Below, one piece after another: positions 1 through 8,763 of a DNA stretch of 32,000 bases. The position numbers and the translations under genes were made by a program. The DNA comes from an uncultured Clostridia bacterium (lineage in GTDB: Bacteria > Bacillota > Clostridia > Christensenellales > Aristaeellaceae), in NCBI GenBank assembly GCA_934647235.1, contig CAKUFG010000023.1, positions 12,672 through 44,671 of the forward strand. Reading direction: 5' to 3'. The notes under the pieces are model-generated. The model searched no databases. It had not been told where the DNA came from and was given only the letters and a program-made list of their open reading frames with translations. The first letter of the stretch is position 1; each line of letters opens with the position of its first letter.

Positions 1-265
1 CGCGCTGATGAGCCATCCGAAGCTGCTGATGATGGACGAGCCCTCCATGGGCCTGTCCCCCATCCTGGTGCAGGAAATCTTCAGCATCATCCAGGAGATC
101 AACAAATCCGGCACCACCGTGCTGCTGGTGGAGCAGAACGCCCATATGGCCCTGTCCATCGCCAACCGCGCCTATGTGCTGGAAACGGGTAAGATCATCA
201 AGGAAGGCGACGCCGCCGCGCTGCTGTCGGACGACGACGTGCGCCGCGCCTATCTGGGAAACTAA
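1..265 (+). CDS. livF: Branched-chain amino acid ABC transporter ATP-binding protein, C-terminal fragment (gene starts upstream of the window; codon phase begins at nt 2)
   Basis: The frame is open from nt 2. The sequence ALMSHPKLLMMDEPSMGLSPILV..VLLVEQNA carries the Walker B/D-loop region typical of LivF-type ATPases, with the ..RRAYLG tail. Confidence 0.85.
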   Translation, partial: ALMSHPKLLMMDEPSMGLSPILVQEIFSIIQEINKSGTTVLLVEQNAHMALSIANRAYVLETGKIIKEGDAAALLSDDDVRRAYLGN

Positions 266-289
266 TCCTATCTGCGCAATTAAATGTAA

Positions 290-320
290 ATCCCGGCTGG
301 ATACATATCCAGCCGGGATT
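290..320. terminator. Bidirectional rho-independent terminator between convergent livF and degV
   Basis: Stem cccggctgg (292-300) pairs with ccagccggg (309-317). It is flanked by an A-run upstream and T-rich sequence downstream. Confidence 0.55.
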
Positions 321-350
321 ATTCTTATCTGCAATGATCCTATCTGTACG

Positions 351-1211
351 TTATCCTTCCACTACCTGCACGCCGATACCCAGCAGGCCGGGGCCGGTAT
401 GCACGCCCAGGGCAGGGCTGACCTCGCATTCCAGAAACAGCTGTGCATCCGGCAGGCGCTGCTTGAGCTCCTGCGCCAGCTTGGCCGCTTCCTCGCGGGC
501 GCTGCCGTTGGCCACGGCAATGCAGTATTTGGCGTTGCCCTGCACCTGCTTGAGCGCCAGCGCCACCGTCTCCGCGATGGATTTCACGCGGCCGCGCGCC
601 TTGCTGACCACATAGTACGCGCCGTCCGCATCGCAGGAAATGATGGGCTTGAGGTTCAGCACCGAGCCCAGCATGGAGGCCACGCGGCCGATCCGCCCGC
701 CCTTGCGCAGGTATTCCAGCGTCGCCAGGCAGAAATACACATGCGTATGCTCCACGCTGTAGTGAATCTTGCGGCAGATTTCATCCATATCCAGCCCCTG
801 CTCGATGAGCCGGCCGGCATAGATGGCCTGAAAGCCCGCGCCGATGCCGATATTGAGCGTATCGATCACCCGGCAGTCAAGGCCTGGAAACTGCTCCGCC
901 GCCAGGCGCATGGCGTTGCCCGTGCCCGACAGCGCGCCCGAAATGGACACAGCGATGACATGCTCGTAGCCCGCCTGCTCGATGCGGCTCAGCGCATCGC
1001 ATACGGTATCGATGCTGGGCAGGGAGGTGTGCGGCACTTCCTCCTCCAGCCGGTCGTATACCTGCTGCGGGGTGATATCCACCTTGTCGGTATACTCCCG
1101 GTCATGATAGATCACGCGCATGGGCACAACGTACATCTGATACTTTTCAATCAGCTCCTGCGGCACGTCGGTGCAGGAATCAGTCATAATGGCAATTTTC
1201 TGCGGGTTCAT
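351..1211 (-). CDS. DegV family (fatty-acid-binding) protein
   Basis: 286 aa. The N-terminus IAIMTDSCTDVP and the SISGALSGTGN motif are characteristic of DegV/EDD-fold proteins. RBS GGAGGTG lies 6 nt upstream. The start overlaps the upstream stop as ATGA (1208-1211). Confidence 0.9.
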   Translation of the reverse strand: MNPQKIAIMTDSCTDVPQELIEKYQMYVVPMRVIYHDREYTDKVDITPQQVYDRLEEEVPHTSLPSIDTVCDALSRIEQAGYEHVIAVSISGALSGTGNAMRLAAEQFPGLDCRVIDTLNIGIGAGFQAIYAGRLIEQGLDMDEICRKIHYSVEHTHVYFCLATLEYLRKGGRIGRVASMLGSVLNLKPIISCDADGAYYVVSKARGRVKSIAETVALALKQVQGNAKYCIAVANGSAREEAAKLAQELKQRLPDAQLFLECEVSPALGVHTGPGLLGIGVQVVEG

Positions 1212-2059
1212 GCTTTCACCTCCGGTTCTTGCCGCTGCGGCGCGGCATAGTCCTGCGTGAAGGGCGTTATGCTGTCTGCGCCCACCGCGCGATAGCCCAG
1301 CACCGTATCCAGATCCACCGCCGAAAGGGCGGCGAAGATGTTGTTTTTCAGCTTTGGATTATCCACCGACAGCTTTTCAATCAGGTCGCGGATATACTTG
1401 CGCTTACCGCCATCCTCGCTGCTGGTTACGCGGCAGGCGCAGCGCAGGCATTCCAGCCCCTGCTCGTGCTGCCAGGCAATGATATGCTCCTCCCGCACCA
1501 GAAACAGCGGGCGAATCAGCTCCATGCCCGCCCAGTTGTCGCTTTTTACCTTGGGCATCATGGTCTTGAACTGGCCGCCATAGAACAGGCTCATCAGCGC
1601 CGTGGCCACCGCATCGTCATAGTGATGGCCCAGAGCGATCTTGTTGCAGCCGCGCCTTTGCGCCTCCTTATACAGATAGCCGCGGCGCATGGCTGCGCAC
1701 ACATGGCAGGGCGAAGCGGGCACGTCGTTTACGATGGAAAAGATATCGCTTTCAAATATCTCGATGGGGAAGCCCAGCCTGCGCGCGTTCTCCTCCACCC
1801 TGGCGCGGTTTTCTGGCGTATAGCCGGGATCCATCGTCAGGTAGCAAAGCTCAAAGGGCACCTCGCTGTGGCGCTGCAGCGCGCGCAGACAGGCCGCCAG
1901 CAGCAGCGAATCCTTGCCGCCCGACATGCACACCGCAATGCGATCCCCAGCCGAAATGAGCTGGTAGGTCTTGATGGCGGAGATAAAGTTGCGCCAGATC
2001 GGCTTGCGGTAGGTCGTGATAATGCTGTGCTCGGCAGCGGTGTGGCGCGCTTCACTCAT
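1208..2059 (-). CDS. ttcA: PP-loop ATPase, TtcA-family tRNA thiolase-like protein
   Basis: 283 aa. It has the PP-loop SGGKDS, a CxxC (CHVCAAMRRG) and GHHYDD, matching the layout of TtcA/TilS-like N-type ATP pyrophosphatases. RBS GGAGGG lies 8 nt upstream. Confidence 0.7.
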   Translation of the reverse strand: MSEARHTAAEHSIITTYRKPIWRNFISAIKTYQLISAGDRIAVCMSGGKDSLLLAACLRALQRHSEVPFELCYLTMDPGYTPENRARVEENARRLGFPIEIFESDIFSIVNDVPASPCHVCAAMRRGYLYKEAQRRGCNKIALGHHYDDAVATALMSLFYGGQFKTMMPKVKSDNWAGMELIRPLFLVREEHIIAWQHEQGLECLRCACRVTSSEDGGKRKYIRDLIEKLSVDNPKLKNNIFAALSAVDLDTVLGYRAVGADSITPFTQDYAAPQRQEPEVKA

Positions 2060-2127
2060 GCAGGCAGCCCTCCATCGTAAATAACGCCTATATTATAACA
2101 TATTTTCCTCCAAAAGAAAACATGGCC

Positions 2128-2156
2128 TTGCGCCGGAAATACACTGGTGATACAAT
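2128..2156 (+). promoter_or_regulatory. Candidate sigma-A promoter for the M24 peptidase gene
   Basis: TTGCGC (2128-2133), 17 nt spacer, TACAAT (2151-2156), about 28 nt before the ATG at 2185. Confidence 0.4.
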
Positions 2157-2184
2157 ACGATTGTTCTTGAAAGGAGGCATTTTT

Positions 2185-3255
2185 ATGCATGCATCCCGCG
2201 TTGCGCGCGTGGCTGAAAACCTGCGCAGAATGAACCTGAAGCAGGCGCTGATCTCCGCGCCCGCCTCTCTGTTTTATCTTACCGGCAAGTGGATCGCCCC
2301 CGGCGAGCGCATGGCAGCGCTGTATATCAACGATCAGGGCGATACCCGCCTGTACGCCAACCGGCTCTTTGCCCTGCGCGGCAATATCGACGCAGAGCTG
2401 ATCGAATATGACGACACCCAGGACTGCGTGCGCATCCTGGCCGACGGCCTGCAGTCCGGCCCCATCGGCATTGACAAGCTGTGGCCCAGCCACTTTACCA
2501 TCCGCCTGATGGAGGCGCGCGGGGATATCCGCCCGGTGGTCGGCTCCCGCTGTGTGGACGACGCACGCATGCACAAGGACGCGCAGGAGCTGCAATGGAT
2601 GCGCGAAAGCTCCCATAAAAACGACCAGGCCACCATGCAGACCATCGCGCGCCTGCACACCGGCATGAGCGAAAATGAAGCCGCCGCGCTGCACACGGGC
2701 TTTGCCAATCAGCTTGGCTCCTCCAGGCCCAGCTTTGAGCCGCTGGTCTGCTTTGGCCCCAACTGCGCCGAGCCGCATCACGACACCGGCGCGGATATCC
2801 TCAAGGACGGCGATTCGGTCATCCTGGATGTGGGCCTGACCTGGCAGGATTACTGCAGCGACATGACGCGCACCGTGTTTATGGGCCATGCCAGCGACGA
2901 GCAAAAGCGCGTATACGATCTGGTTTGCGCGGCCAACGCTGCGGGGCGCGCCGCCGTGCATCCGGGCGCAGCGCTGCGCGATATCGACCATGCCGCGCGC
3001 AAGGTCATCGAGGATGCGGGCTACGGCGAATACTTTATCCACCGCACCGGCCATGGCATTGGCCTGGAGGTACACGAGTTCCCCGACGTCAGCGCCAGCA
3101 GCGAGGCCATCGCCGAGCCGGGCATGACCTTCTCCATCGAGCCGGGCATTTACCTGCCGGGGCGCTTCGGCGTGCGCGTAGAGGATCTGGTGGCCGTCAC
3201 GGAGGATGGCTGCGAAACGCTCAACGCCGCACCGCGCGAACTGAAAATCATCTAA
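2185..3255 (+). CDS. M24 family Xaa-Pro peptidase (PepP/PepQ-like)
   Basis: I place the start at ATG 2185 (RBS AAGGAGG at 2171-2177), not at the track start 2122. Pita-bread metal ligands are present: DVG..DYCSDMTRT, HRTGHGIGLEVHE, FSIEPGIY. Confidence 0.85.
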   Translation: MHASRVARVAENLRRMNLKQALISAPASLFYLTGKWIAPGERMAALYINDQGDTRLYANRLFALRGNIDAELIEYDDTQDCVRILADGLQSGPIGIDKLWPSHFTIRLMEARGDIRPVVGSRCVDDARMHKDAQELQWMRESSHKNDQATMQTIARLHTGMSENEAAALHTGFANQLGSSRPSFEPLVCFGPNCAEPHHDTGADILKDGDSVILDVGLTWQDYCSDMTRTVFMGHASDEQKRVYDLVCAANAAGRAAVHPGAALRDIDHAARKVIEDAGYGEYFIHRTGHGIGLEVHEFPDVSASSEAIAEPGMTFSIEPGIYLPGRFGVRVEDLVAVTEDGCETLNAAPRELKII

Positions 3256-3263
3256 ACACTTAC

Positions 3264-3306
3264 AGAAAAATCCCGCCGCATGGTTTCATACGGCGGGATT
3301 TGCTTT
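3264..3306. terminator. Bidirectional rho-independent terminator between the peptidase gene and the convergent NSS transporter gene
   Basis: Stem atcccgccg (3270-3278) pairs with cggcgggat (3291-3299). An A-run precedes it and T-rich sequence follows. Confidence 0.6.
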
Positions 3307-3308
3307 GC

Positions 3309-4664
3309 TTATCCGATCAAGCCCTCGATCAGAATCAGCAGAATCAGCACCGGCAGCACCCACTGGAAATAGGGCTTGAGCTTAGGCGACAGCTTCAGGC
3401 CGCTGCCTCGGTTGGCCTCAGCCAGGTACTTGTCAAAGCCCCAGCCCCACTTGGTCACGCAGAACAGCAGATACACAAGCGATCCGATGGGCAGCAGCAG
3501 ATTGCTGACCGCAAAGTCCTCCATATCCAGCACGCCGCGGCCGCCCAGCTGCACATGGCTCCACACATTGAAGCCCAGCACGCAGGGCAGGCTGAGCACA
3601 GCCAGCAGCAGGCCGTTGATCAGCGCGGCCTTTTTGCGGCTCCAGCCGAAGGTATCCATACAGACCGAAATGATGTTTTCCAGCACGGCCAGCACGGTGG
3701 AGAAGCTGGCAAAAATCATAAACAGGAAAAACAGCGTGCCCCACAGACGGCCGCCCTTCATATTGACAAAGACGTTGGGCAGCGTTTCAAAGATCAGCGA
3801 CGCGCCCTGATTGGGCTTTACGCCAAAGGAGAAGCAGGCCGGGAAGATGATTGTGCCCGCCATCAGCGCCACCAGCGTATCCAGCGCGCAGATGCGCACA
3901 GCTTCGCCCGCCAGCGCGTGCTGCTCGCTCATATAGCTGCCAAAGATCTCCATGGCCGCAATGCCCAGGCTCAGGGTGAAAAACGCCTGGTTCATCGCGT
4001 CCACAATCAGGTTGCCCAGGCCGTTTTCGCGGATGCTGTCCACCGATGGCAAAAGATAGAACTTCATGCCCTCCTTCGCGCCGGGCAGCGTCAGGCTGTG
4101 CACAGCCAGCAGCACAATCAGCGCCAGCAGGGCCAGCATCATGAGCTTGGAAATGCGCTCCAGGCCGTTGCGCAGCCCAAAGCTGCACACCGCAAAGCCC
4201 AGCAGCACCACAATCTCCGTCCAGATCGCCATTTCGCCGGGCGAGGACAAAAGCGTTCCAAACACGCCGCTGACGGCCTCCGCCGTCATGCCCGCCGTAA
4301 ACGCGCCCGTCAGGAAGCGGCTGAAATAGCTGACCATCCAGCCCGTCACGGTGGTGTAATACATCATCAGCAGATAGCAGCCCGCCAGGCAGAACCAGCC
4401 GTGGATGTGCCACTTCTGCCCCGGTTTTTCCAGCTTTTTATAGGATAGAATCGCGCTTTTGCGGCTGGCGCGGCCCACAGCCAGCTCCATGGTCAGCACC
4501 GGCACGCCCATCACCAGCAGGCAGATCAGATAAAACAGCACAAAATAACCGCCGCCGTTTTTGCCCGCGATATAGGGAAAACGCCACACATTACCGATGC
4601 CGATTGCGCAGCCCGCGCTGACCAGCAAAAAGCCCAGCCGCGAGCGGAAGGATTCGCGCTCCAT
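3309..4664 (-). CDS. Sodium-dependent transporter, neurotransmitter:sodium symporter (SNF/NSS) family
   Basis: 451 aa and polytopic. The N-terminal signature is GFLLVSAGCAIGIGNVWRFPY. RBS AGAGGAGG is upstream. Confidence 0.9.
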   Translation of the reverse strand: MERESFRSRLGFLLVSAGCAIGIGNVWRFPYIAGKNGGGYFVLFYLICLLVMGVPVLTMELAVGRASRKSAILSYKKLEKPGQKWHIHGWFCLAGCYLLMMYYTTVTGWMVSYFSRFLTGAFTAGMTAEAVSGVFGTLLSSPGEMAIWTEIVVLLGFAVCSFGLRNGLERISKLMMLALLALIVLLAVHSLTLPGAKEGMKFYLLPSVDSIRENGLGNLIVDAMNQAFFTLSLGIAAMEIFGSYMSEQHALAGEAVRICALDTLVALMAGTIIFPACFSFGVKPNQGASLIFETLPNVFVNMKGGRLWGTLFFLFMIFASFSTVLAVLENIISVCMDTFGWSRKKAALINGLLLAVLSLPCVLGFNVWSHVQLGGRGVLDMEDFAVSNLLLPIGSLVYLLFCVTKWGWGFDKYLAEANRGSGLKLSPKLKPYFQWVLPVLILLILIEGLIG

Positions 4665-4699
4665 GAAGAAAGCCTCCTCTTGGGTAAAAATATACAGTT

Positions 4700-4728
4700 A
4701 TTCTAGCATAAAACACCCCATGTTTCAA
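4700..4728 (-). promoter_or_regulatory. Candidate sigma-A promoter for the NSS transporter
   Basis: On the minus strand: TTGAAA (4728-4723), 17 nt spacer, TAGAAT (4705-4700), with a TGC extended -10. This leaves only about 35 nt of 5' UTR, so there is no room for a riboswitch or T-box. Confidence 0.45.
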
Positions 4729-4860
4729 GAAATGCAAAACGGCAAATCAATGACCGGAAGCGCCAGCAAACGTGCTGTATTCGGCAATATTTACGTTGCT
4801 TTTTGCGTTCGGATATGATATGATAGTTTCTGCAAATAGCGGCTTTGTTCTTTATGTTTT

Positions 4861-4877
4861 CGTGAAATCATTTCACG
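4861..4877. promoter_or_regulatory. Perfect 8-1-8 inverted repeat, candidate operator upstream of the FGGY kinase gene
   Basis: cgtgaaat-c-atttcacg. A further ATTTCA follows 9 bp later (4879-4884). Confidence 0.3.
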
Positions 4878-5017
4878 GATTTCATGCTTTGAAACAGCCG
4901 TATTTGGAATTTCTGTGTTATATTTCGTCCTTTGTGCTTTTCCTGTTTTCCGGCACGGTCGGGGCGCATTTGTCAGGCCGCATAATTATAAACAATTTTT
5001 GAGAAGGTGATTTTCCG

Positions 5018-6556
5018 ATGGACGCAATTCTCGGCGTTGAGCTGGGCTCCACGCGCATCAAGGCCGTGCTGACGGACGCCAGTCACACCGTCCTCGCGCA
5101 GGGCAGCCATACCTGGGAAAACGGTTATCAGGACGGCATATGGACTTATCCCCTCAACGCCGTATGGGCCGGGCTGCGCGCGGCGGTAACGCAGGCGCTG
5201 GACGCCCTACCGGGCGTGCAGGTACGCGCCATGGGCTTTTCAGGCATGATGCACGGCTACCTGGCCTTTGACGGCAAGGGCCGGCTGCTTGTTCCCTTCC
5301 GCACCTGGCGCAATACCTTTACCGCCCGCGCCAGCCAGGAGCTGACCGCGCTGTTTGGCTTTCCCATTCCGCAGCGGTGGAGCATCGCGCACCTGTATCA
5401 CGCCATGCTGCAGAACGAGCCGCATGTGCGCAGCGTTCGCCGCCTGTCCACGCTGGCGGGCTATGTGCATGAAACGCTGACCGGCCGCCGCGCCGTTGGC
5501 GTGGGCGAGGCCAGCGGCATGTTTCCCATTGATGCGCAGACGCTGGATTACGACCAGCGCATGCTGTCCCTTTTTGATGAAAGGGCGCAGGCCATGGGCA
5601 TGCCCTGGCGTATCCGTGAGCTGCTGCCCGAGGCTCTGCCTGCCGGAGCCTGCGCAGGATACCTCACTCCGGATGGCGCGCACCTGCTGGACCCCGCGGG
5701 GCGTTTGCAGGCAGGTATCCCCCTGGCCCCGCCCGAGGGCGACGCAGGCACGGGAATGGCGGCTACCAACGCCATGCGCCCGCGCACAGGCAATGTGTCC
5801 GCAGGTACGTCCATCTTTTCCATGGTCGTGCTGGAGCGCCCGCTGTCGCGCGTCTATCCGCAATTGGACGTGGTGGCCACCCCGGACGGCAGCCCCGTCG
5901 CCATGGTGCACTGCAATAACTGCACCTCCGATATCAATGCCTGGGCGGGCGTGTTCGGCGAGTTCGCCGCGCTGGCCGGTCAGCCGCTTTTGACCGACGT
6001 GCTCTATACCCGCCTGTTTTCCCAGAGCCTGCAGGGAGAGCCGGACTGCGGCGGCGTGACGGTGATCAACTACCTGTCCGGCGAACATGTGACAGGCTTT
6101 GAGCGCGGCTGTCCGATGATTGTGCGCAGCGCTTCCGCGCGCCTGACGCTGCCCAATCTGATGCGCGCACAGCTGTACTCCGCCCTGGCTGCGCTGGCCA
6201 TCGGCATGAAATCGCTGCGCGAGGAAAACGTGGCCATCGACATGCTGACCGGCCACGGCGGCTTTTTCAAAACGCCGGGCGTTGGCCAGCAATACCTGGC
6301 CGATGCGGTTGACGCGCCCGTGCGCTGCATGGCGACGGCAGGCGAGGGCGGCGCATACGGCATGGCCCTGCTGACGGCCTACATGCTGCAAAAGGGCGCG
6401 CATGAAACGCTGCCTGATTTTCTGGACAGCGTGTTTGCAAACGCCCGTAGCACAGCCCTCTCCCCCGTCCCTGTTGGCCGCGCGGGCTTTGAAGCCTACC
6501 TTGCGCGCTATCAGAAAGCCCTGGCTGCCGAGCGCGCGGCTGTCGAAAGCCTGTAA
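5018..6556 (+). CDS. FGGY-family carbohydrate kinase
   Basis: 512 aa. The N-terminal phosphate-1 motif is ILGVELGSTRIKAVL. The C-terminal GHGGFFKTPGVGQQYLADAV...AGEGGAYGMALLTAY is typical of FGGY kinases. RBS GAAGGTG lies 8 nt upstream. Confidence 0.85.
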   Translation: MDAILGVELGSTRIKAVLTDASHTVLAQGSHTWENGYQDGIWTYPLNAVWAGLRAAVTQALDALPGVQVRAMGFSGMMHGYLAFDGKGRLLVPFRTWRNTFTARASQELTALFGFPIPQRWSIAHLYHAMLQNEPHVRSVRRLSTLAGYVHETLTGRRAVGVGEASGMFPIDAQTLDYDQRMLSLFDERAQAMGMPWRIRELLPEALPAGACAGYLTPDGAHLLDPAGRLQAGIPLAPPEGDAGTGMAATNAMRPRTGNVSAGTSIFSMVVLERPLSRVYPQLDVVATPDGSPVAMVHCNNCTSDINAWAGVFGEFAALAGQPLLTDVLYTRLFSQSLQGEPDCGGVTVINYLSGEHVTGFERGCPMIVRSASARLTLPNLMRAQLYSALAALAIGMKSLREENVAIDMLTGHGGFFKTPGVGQQYLADAVDAPVRCMATAGEGGAYGMALLTAYMLQKGAHETLPDFLDSVFANARSTALSPVPVGRAGFEAYLARYQKALAAERAAVESL

Positions 6557-6570
6557 ACAGCATAAGCAAA

Positions 6571-6609
6571 GCCCGCTTCCCCGGAGCATCCAGGGAAGCG
6601 GGCGTTTTA
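6571..6609 (+). terminator. Rho-independent terminator of the kinase gene
   Basis: An 11-bp stem, gcccgcttccc (6571-6581) pairing with gggaagcgggc (6593-6603), is followed by GTTTTA. Confidence 0.7.
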
Positions 6610-6646
6610 CTGCCAGAAAAGCATTGCTAATTCAGCCGAGAAGTAA

Positions 6647-6672
6647 AGAAGGGGCGCAGCTCCTTCTTTTTT
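6647..6672 (+). terminator. Second terminator-like hairpin
   Basis: agaaggggc-gca-gctccttct forms 9 bp (one G-U pair) and is followed by TTTTT (6668-6672). Confidence 0.45.
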
Positions 6673-6677
6673 ACGCC

Positions 6678-6964
6678 CCGCGCTACTGCCATACGGCAAG
6701 CGCGGGTTTCGGGCGGCGATTTGCAAAATCGCCTGCCCTCAGCCGCCTTTGGCGGCGCTATTCATCCGCAGCAGCGGCGCAGGCTTCGCCTTATTTTTGC
6801 AACATCAATCATCAATTAACATGGCGAAGCCACGAGAGCGGCGATGCCGCCGGTGCGAGGAGCAGCCGTCAGGCTGCCTCCTATGTCATTTTCTGCCCGT
6901 GAGCCTTTGGCTCACAAGAAAATGACGTTCCCGCTGAAAGCCCGCTTTAGCGGACTTTCAGCGG
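6678..6964. repeat. Cluster of at least seven further independent stem-loops in the convergent intergenic spacer
   Basis: Hairpins at 6678-6705, 6715-6733, 6742-6756, 6782-6831 (9-bp stem with an AT-rich 32-nt loop), 6857-6881, 6885-6926 (10-bp outer plus 7-bp inner stem) and 6931-6964 (10-bp outer stem). Two apices share GCCTTTGGC. Confidence 0.4.
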
Positions 6965-6969
6965 ATTAT

Positions 6970-8637
6970 TTAGTCGATTGTTTCCGGCAGGGCGCTGTAG
7001 CGATCATAGGCGCGCTGGCACAGCTCGATATAATCGCTCATACCGTAGGATTCCAGGGTGTCCAGGTACTTCTGCCAGTTTTCGTCATTCAGCTCCACAT
7101 CGCCGTTGATGAACTTGGCGCGGCTGGATGTGGCATAGTCGATCAGCTCCTGATAATAGGCCAGGTCGGTCTGCTCCTCCTCGGTGAAGGTGCTCTGCAG
7201 GTCGAACACCGGGCGGCTGTTCGCATAGATGCCGGCTTCCGTCCACAGGGTGGTTTCCCAGTTGTTCTTGTCGTCGCTGCCGACCACGATATCATCCACC
7301 AGGGGATTGATGTAGGCGGGCAGGAACATGGCCGTCTGGCTCATGCGATAGCGATAGTAGCTGGAATATTCGGACGGGAAGGTGCGGGTAGCGCCGTAGG
7401 CATGCTTGTTTTCAATGCGCTCATAGGTGTAACCGTAGCTATCCTCGCTCTCCTGCTGGCTGGGGCCCAGGCGCGCGGCCAGAGAAGCCTCGGTGGTCAC
7501 CAGGTAGTTGGCAAACTTGATCAGGGCGATGGCCTTTTCCTTGGAGCACTTATCGGTGATGGCCATGGTGGCCACGCCGCGCTGATAGTTGATGCTGGTC
7601 ATGGGCCATACGGGCTGATCGTTTACGGGGCTGGTCAGGGCAGGCACAGCCTCATAGTCGCGGTAGTTCTGCAGCAGAGCGTTGAGGCTGGAATCGGTCA
7701 CGCCCACGCTCTCGGCAGCCAGCTTGGCTTCCATCTCGGTGACGTCCTGGGTGAAATAGGCGTTGTCCAGCAGACCCTCGCTGTACAGGCGGCGCATGTA
7801 TTCTACATAAGCGCGGTAGTTATCCTGCGCGGGCACGAACACATACTTGCCGTCGATCAGATCGTCCGTCATATCGGTATAGCCGAAGGCGTACAGCAGG
7901 TAATCGTTGTTGGGATTGCCCGCCTTGGTGGTGGCGCGCAGGGTGGTGGGGATTTCATCGTCAATGCCGTTGCCGTTGAGATCCTTGCCCTTGAAGGCCT
8001 TGAGCACCTGATAGAGCTCCTCAGTGTTGGTCGGCACATCCATGCCCACGGCTTCCAGCCACTTGCTGTTGATCTGGATGCAGTGCGGGTTGGAGCTTCT
8101 GGGGGCGTATGAGATCATAGGCAGCACATAGATGGCGCCGTTTTCATGGGTGGTGCCCTTTACAACGTCCGGGAAGGCCTCGTACAGGGCCACGATGTTG
8201 GGGGCATATTCCTTGATGAGGGGCTTGAGATCCAGCAGCTTTCCTTCATAGCCGTAGGTCAGCTCGTCCGCCTGGGTGATCTTGGCAAAGAACACCTCGG
8301 GATAATTGCCGGACATGAAGGCCAGGTTTTTGCGCTCTTCCCAAACGCTGTCCTCCACCAGGGTGAAGTCAAAGGTGATGCCGGTCAGCTCGGCCACATG
8401 CTTGGTCCACCAGATGTCGGAGAAGTCCTCGGCATGGTTGGCGTTGCGGGGGAACATGACGCTGATGGTCATGGGCTCGTCCACCAGGGGGAAGGTGATG
8501 TCCTTCTGCCAGAATACCGGGTAATCCACGGACAGATCGATGCTCTGGCTGTACTGGGACAGCTCGCTCTGGGCCAGCGCGCCGCCTACGCTCAGCAGCA
8601 GCGCCATCGCCAGCAGGATGGATACGATTCGCTTCAT
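6970..8637 (-). CDS. Extracellular solute-binding protein of a carbohydrate ABC transporter (large LplA-type, family 1)
   Basis: 555 aa. It has an N-terminal signal peptide (MKRIVSILLAMALLLSVGGALAQ) and the size and composition typical of LplA-like oligosaccharide binding proteins. RBS AAAGGAG is upstream. It is the last gene of the operon with the two permeases. Confidence 0.85.
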   Translation of the reverse strand: MKRIVSILLAMALLLSVGGALAQSELSQYSQSIDLSVDYPVFWQKDITFPLVDEPMTISVMFPRNANHAEDFSDIWWTKHVAELTGITFDFTLVEDSVWEERKNLAFMSGNYPEVFFAKITQADELTYGYEGKLLDLKPLIKEYAPNIVALYEAFPDVVKGTTHENGAIYVLPMISYAPRSSNPHCIQINSKWLEAVGMDVPTNTEELYQVLKAFKGKDLNGNGIDDEIPTTLRATTKAGNPNNDYLLYAFGYTDMTDDLIDGKYVFVPAQDNYRAYVEYMRRLYSEGLLDNAYFTQDVTEMEAKLAAESVGVTDSSLNALLQNYRDYEAVPALTSPVNDQPVWPMTSINYQRGVATMAITDKCSKEKAIALIKFANYLVTTEASLAARLGPSQQESEDSYGYTYERIENKHAYGATRTFPSEYSSYYRYRMSQTAMFLPAYINPLVDDIVVGSDDKNNWETTLWTEAGIYANSRPVFDLQSTFTEEEQTDLAYYQELIDYATSSRAKFINGDVELNDENWQKYLDTLESYGMSDYIELCQRAYDRYSALPETID

Positions 8638-8763
8638 CTTGTTGTTTCTCCTTTCAATATACAGTGAATGCAGGGACTATCTTGCAATGCCCGGACGCGC
8701 CCGCCGCGGCGTTCTCCCTCCTTTCCCGCAGCGCATTGCGGCCCGGCATCGGCTTTCTTCTGC

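Noticed and set aside
4665-4800. A possible T-box or riboswitch leader in front of the NSS amino-acid-type transporter.
   Set aside because: The best promoter (4700-4728) leaves only about 35 nt of leader. There is no specifier/antiterminator architecture and no conserved riboswitch core.
4772-5002. A 76-aa hydrophobic ORF in the AT-rich spacer upstream of the kinase gene.
   Set aside because: It has a GTG start with no RBS. Its hydrophobicity is explained by T-rich promoter DNA, and it overlaps the candidate regulatory palindrome.
6821-6925. A 34-aa mini-ORF, MAKPRERRCRRCEEQPSGCLLCHFLPVSLWLTRK, with two CxxC pairs that give a zinc-ribbon-like appearance.
   Set aside because: There is no Shine-Dalgarno sequence upstream (only AT-rich loop sequence). 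The ORF runs straight through three strong hairpins, and TGC codons are expected by chance in GC-rich palindromes. It is worth a tBLASTn conservation check, but I have no support for calling it a gene.
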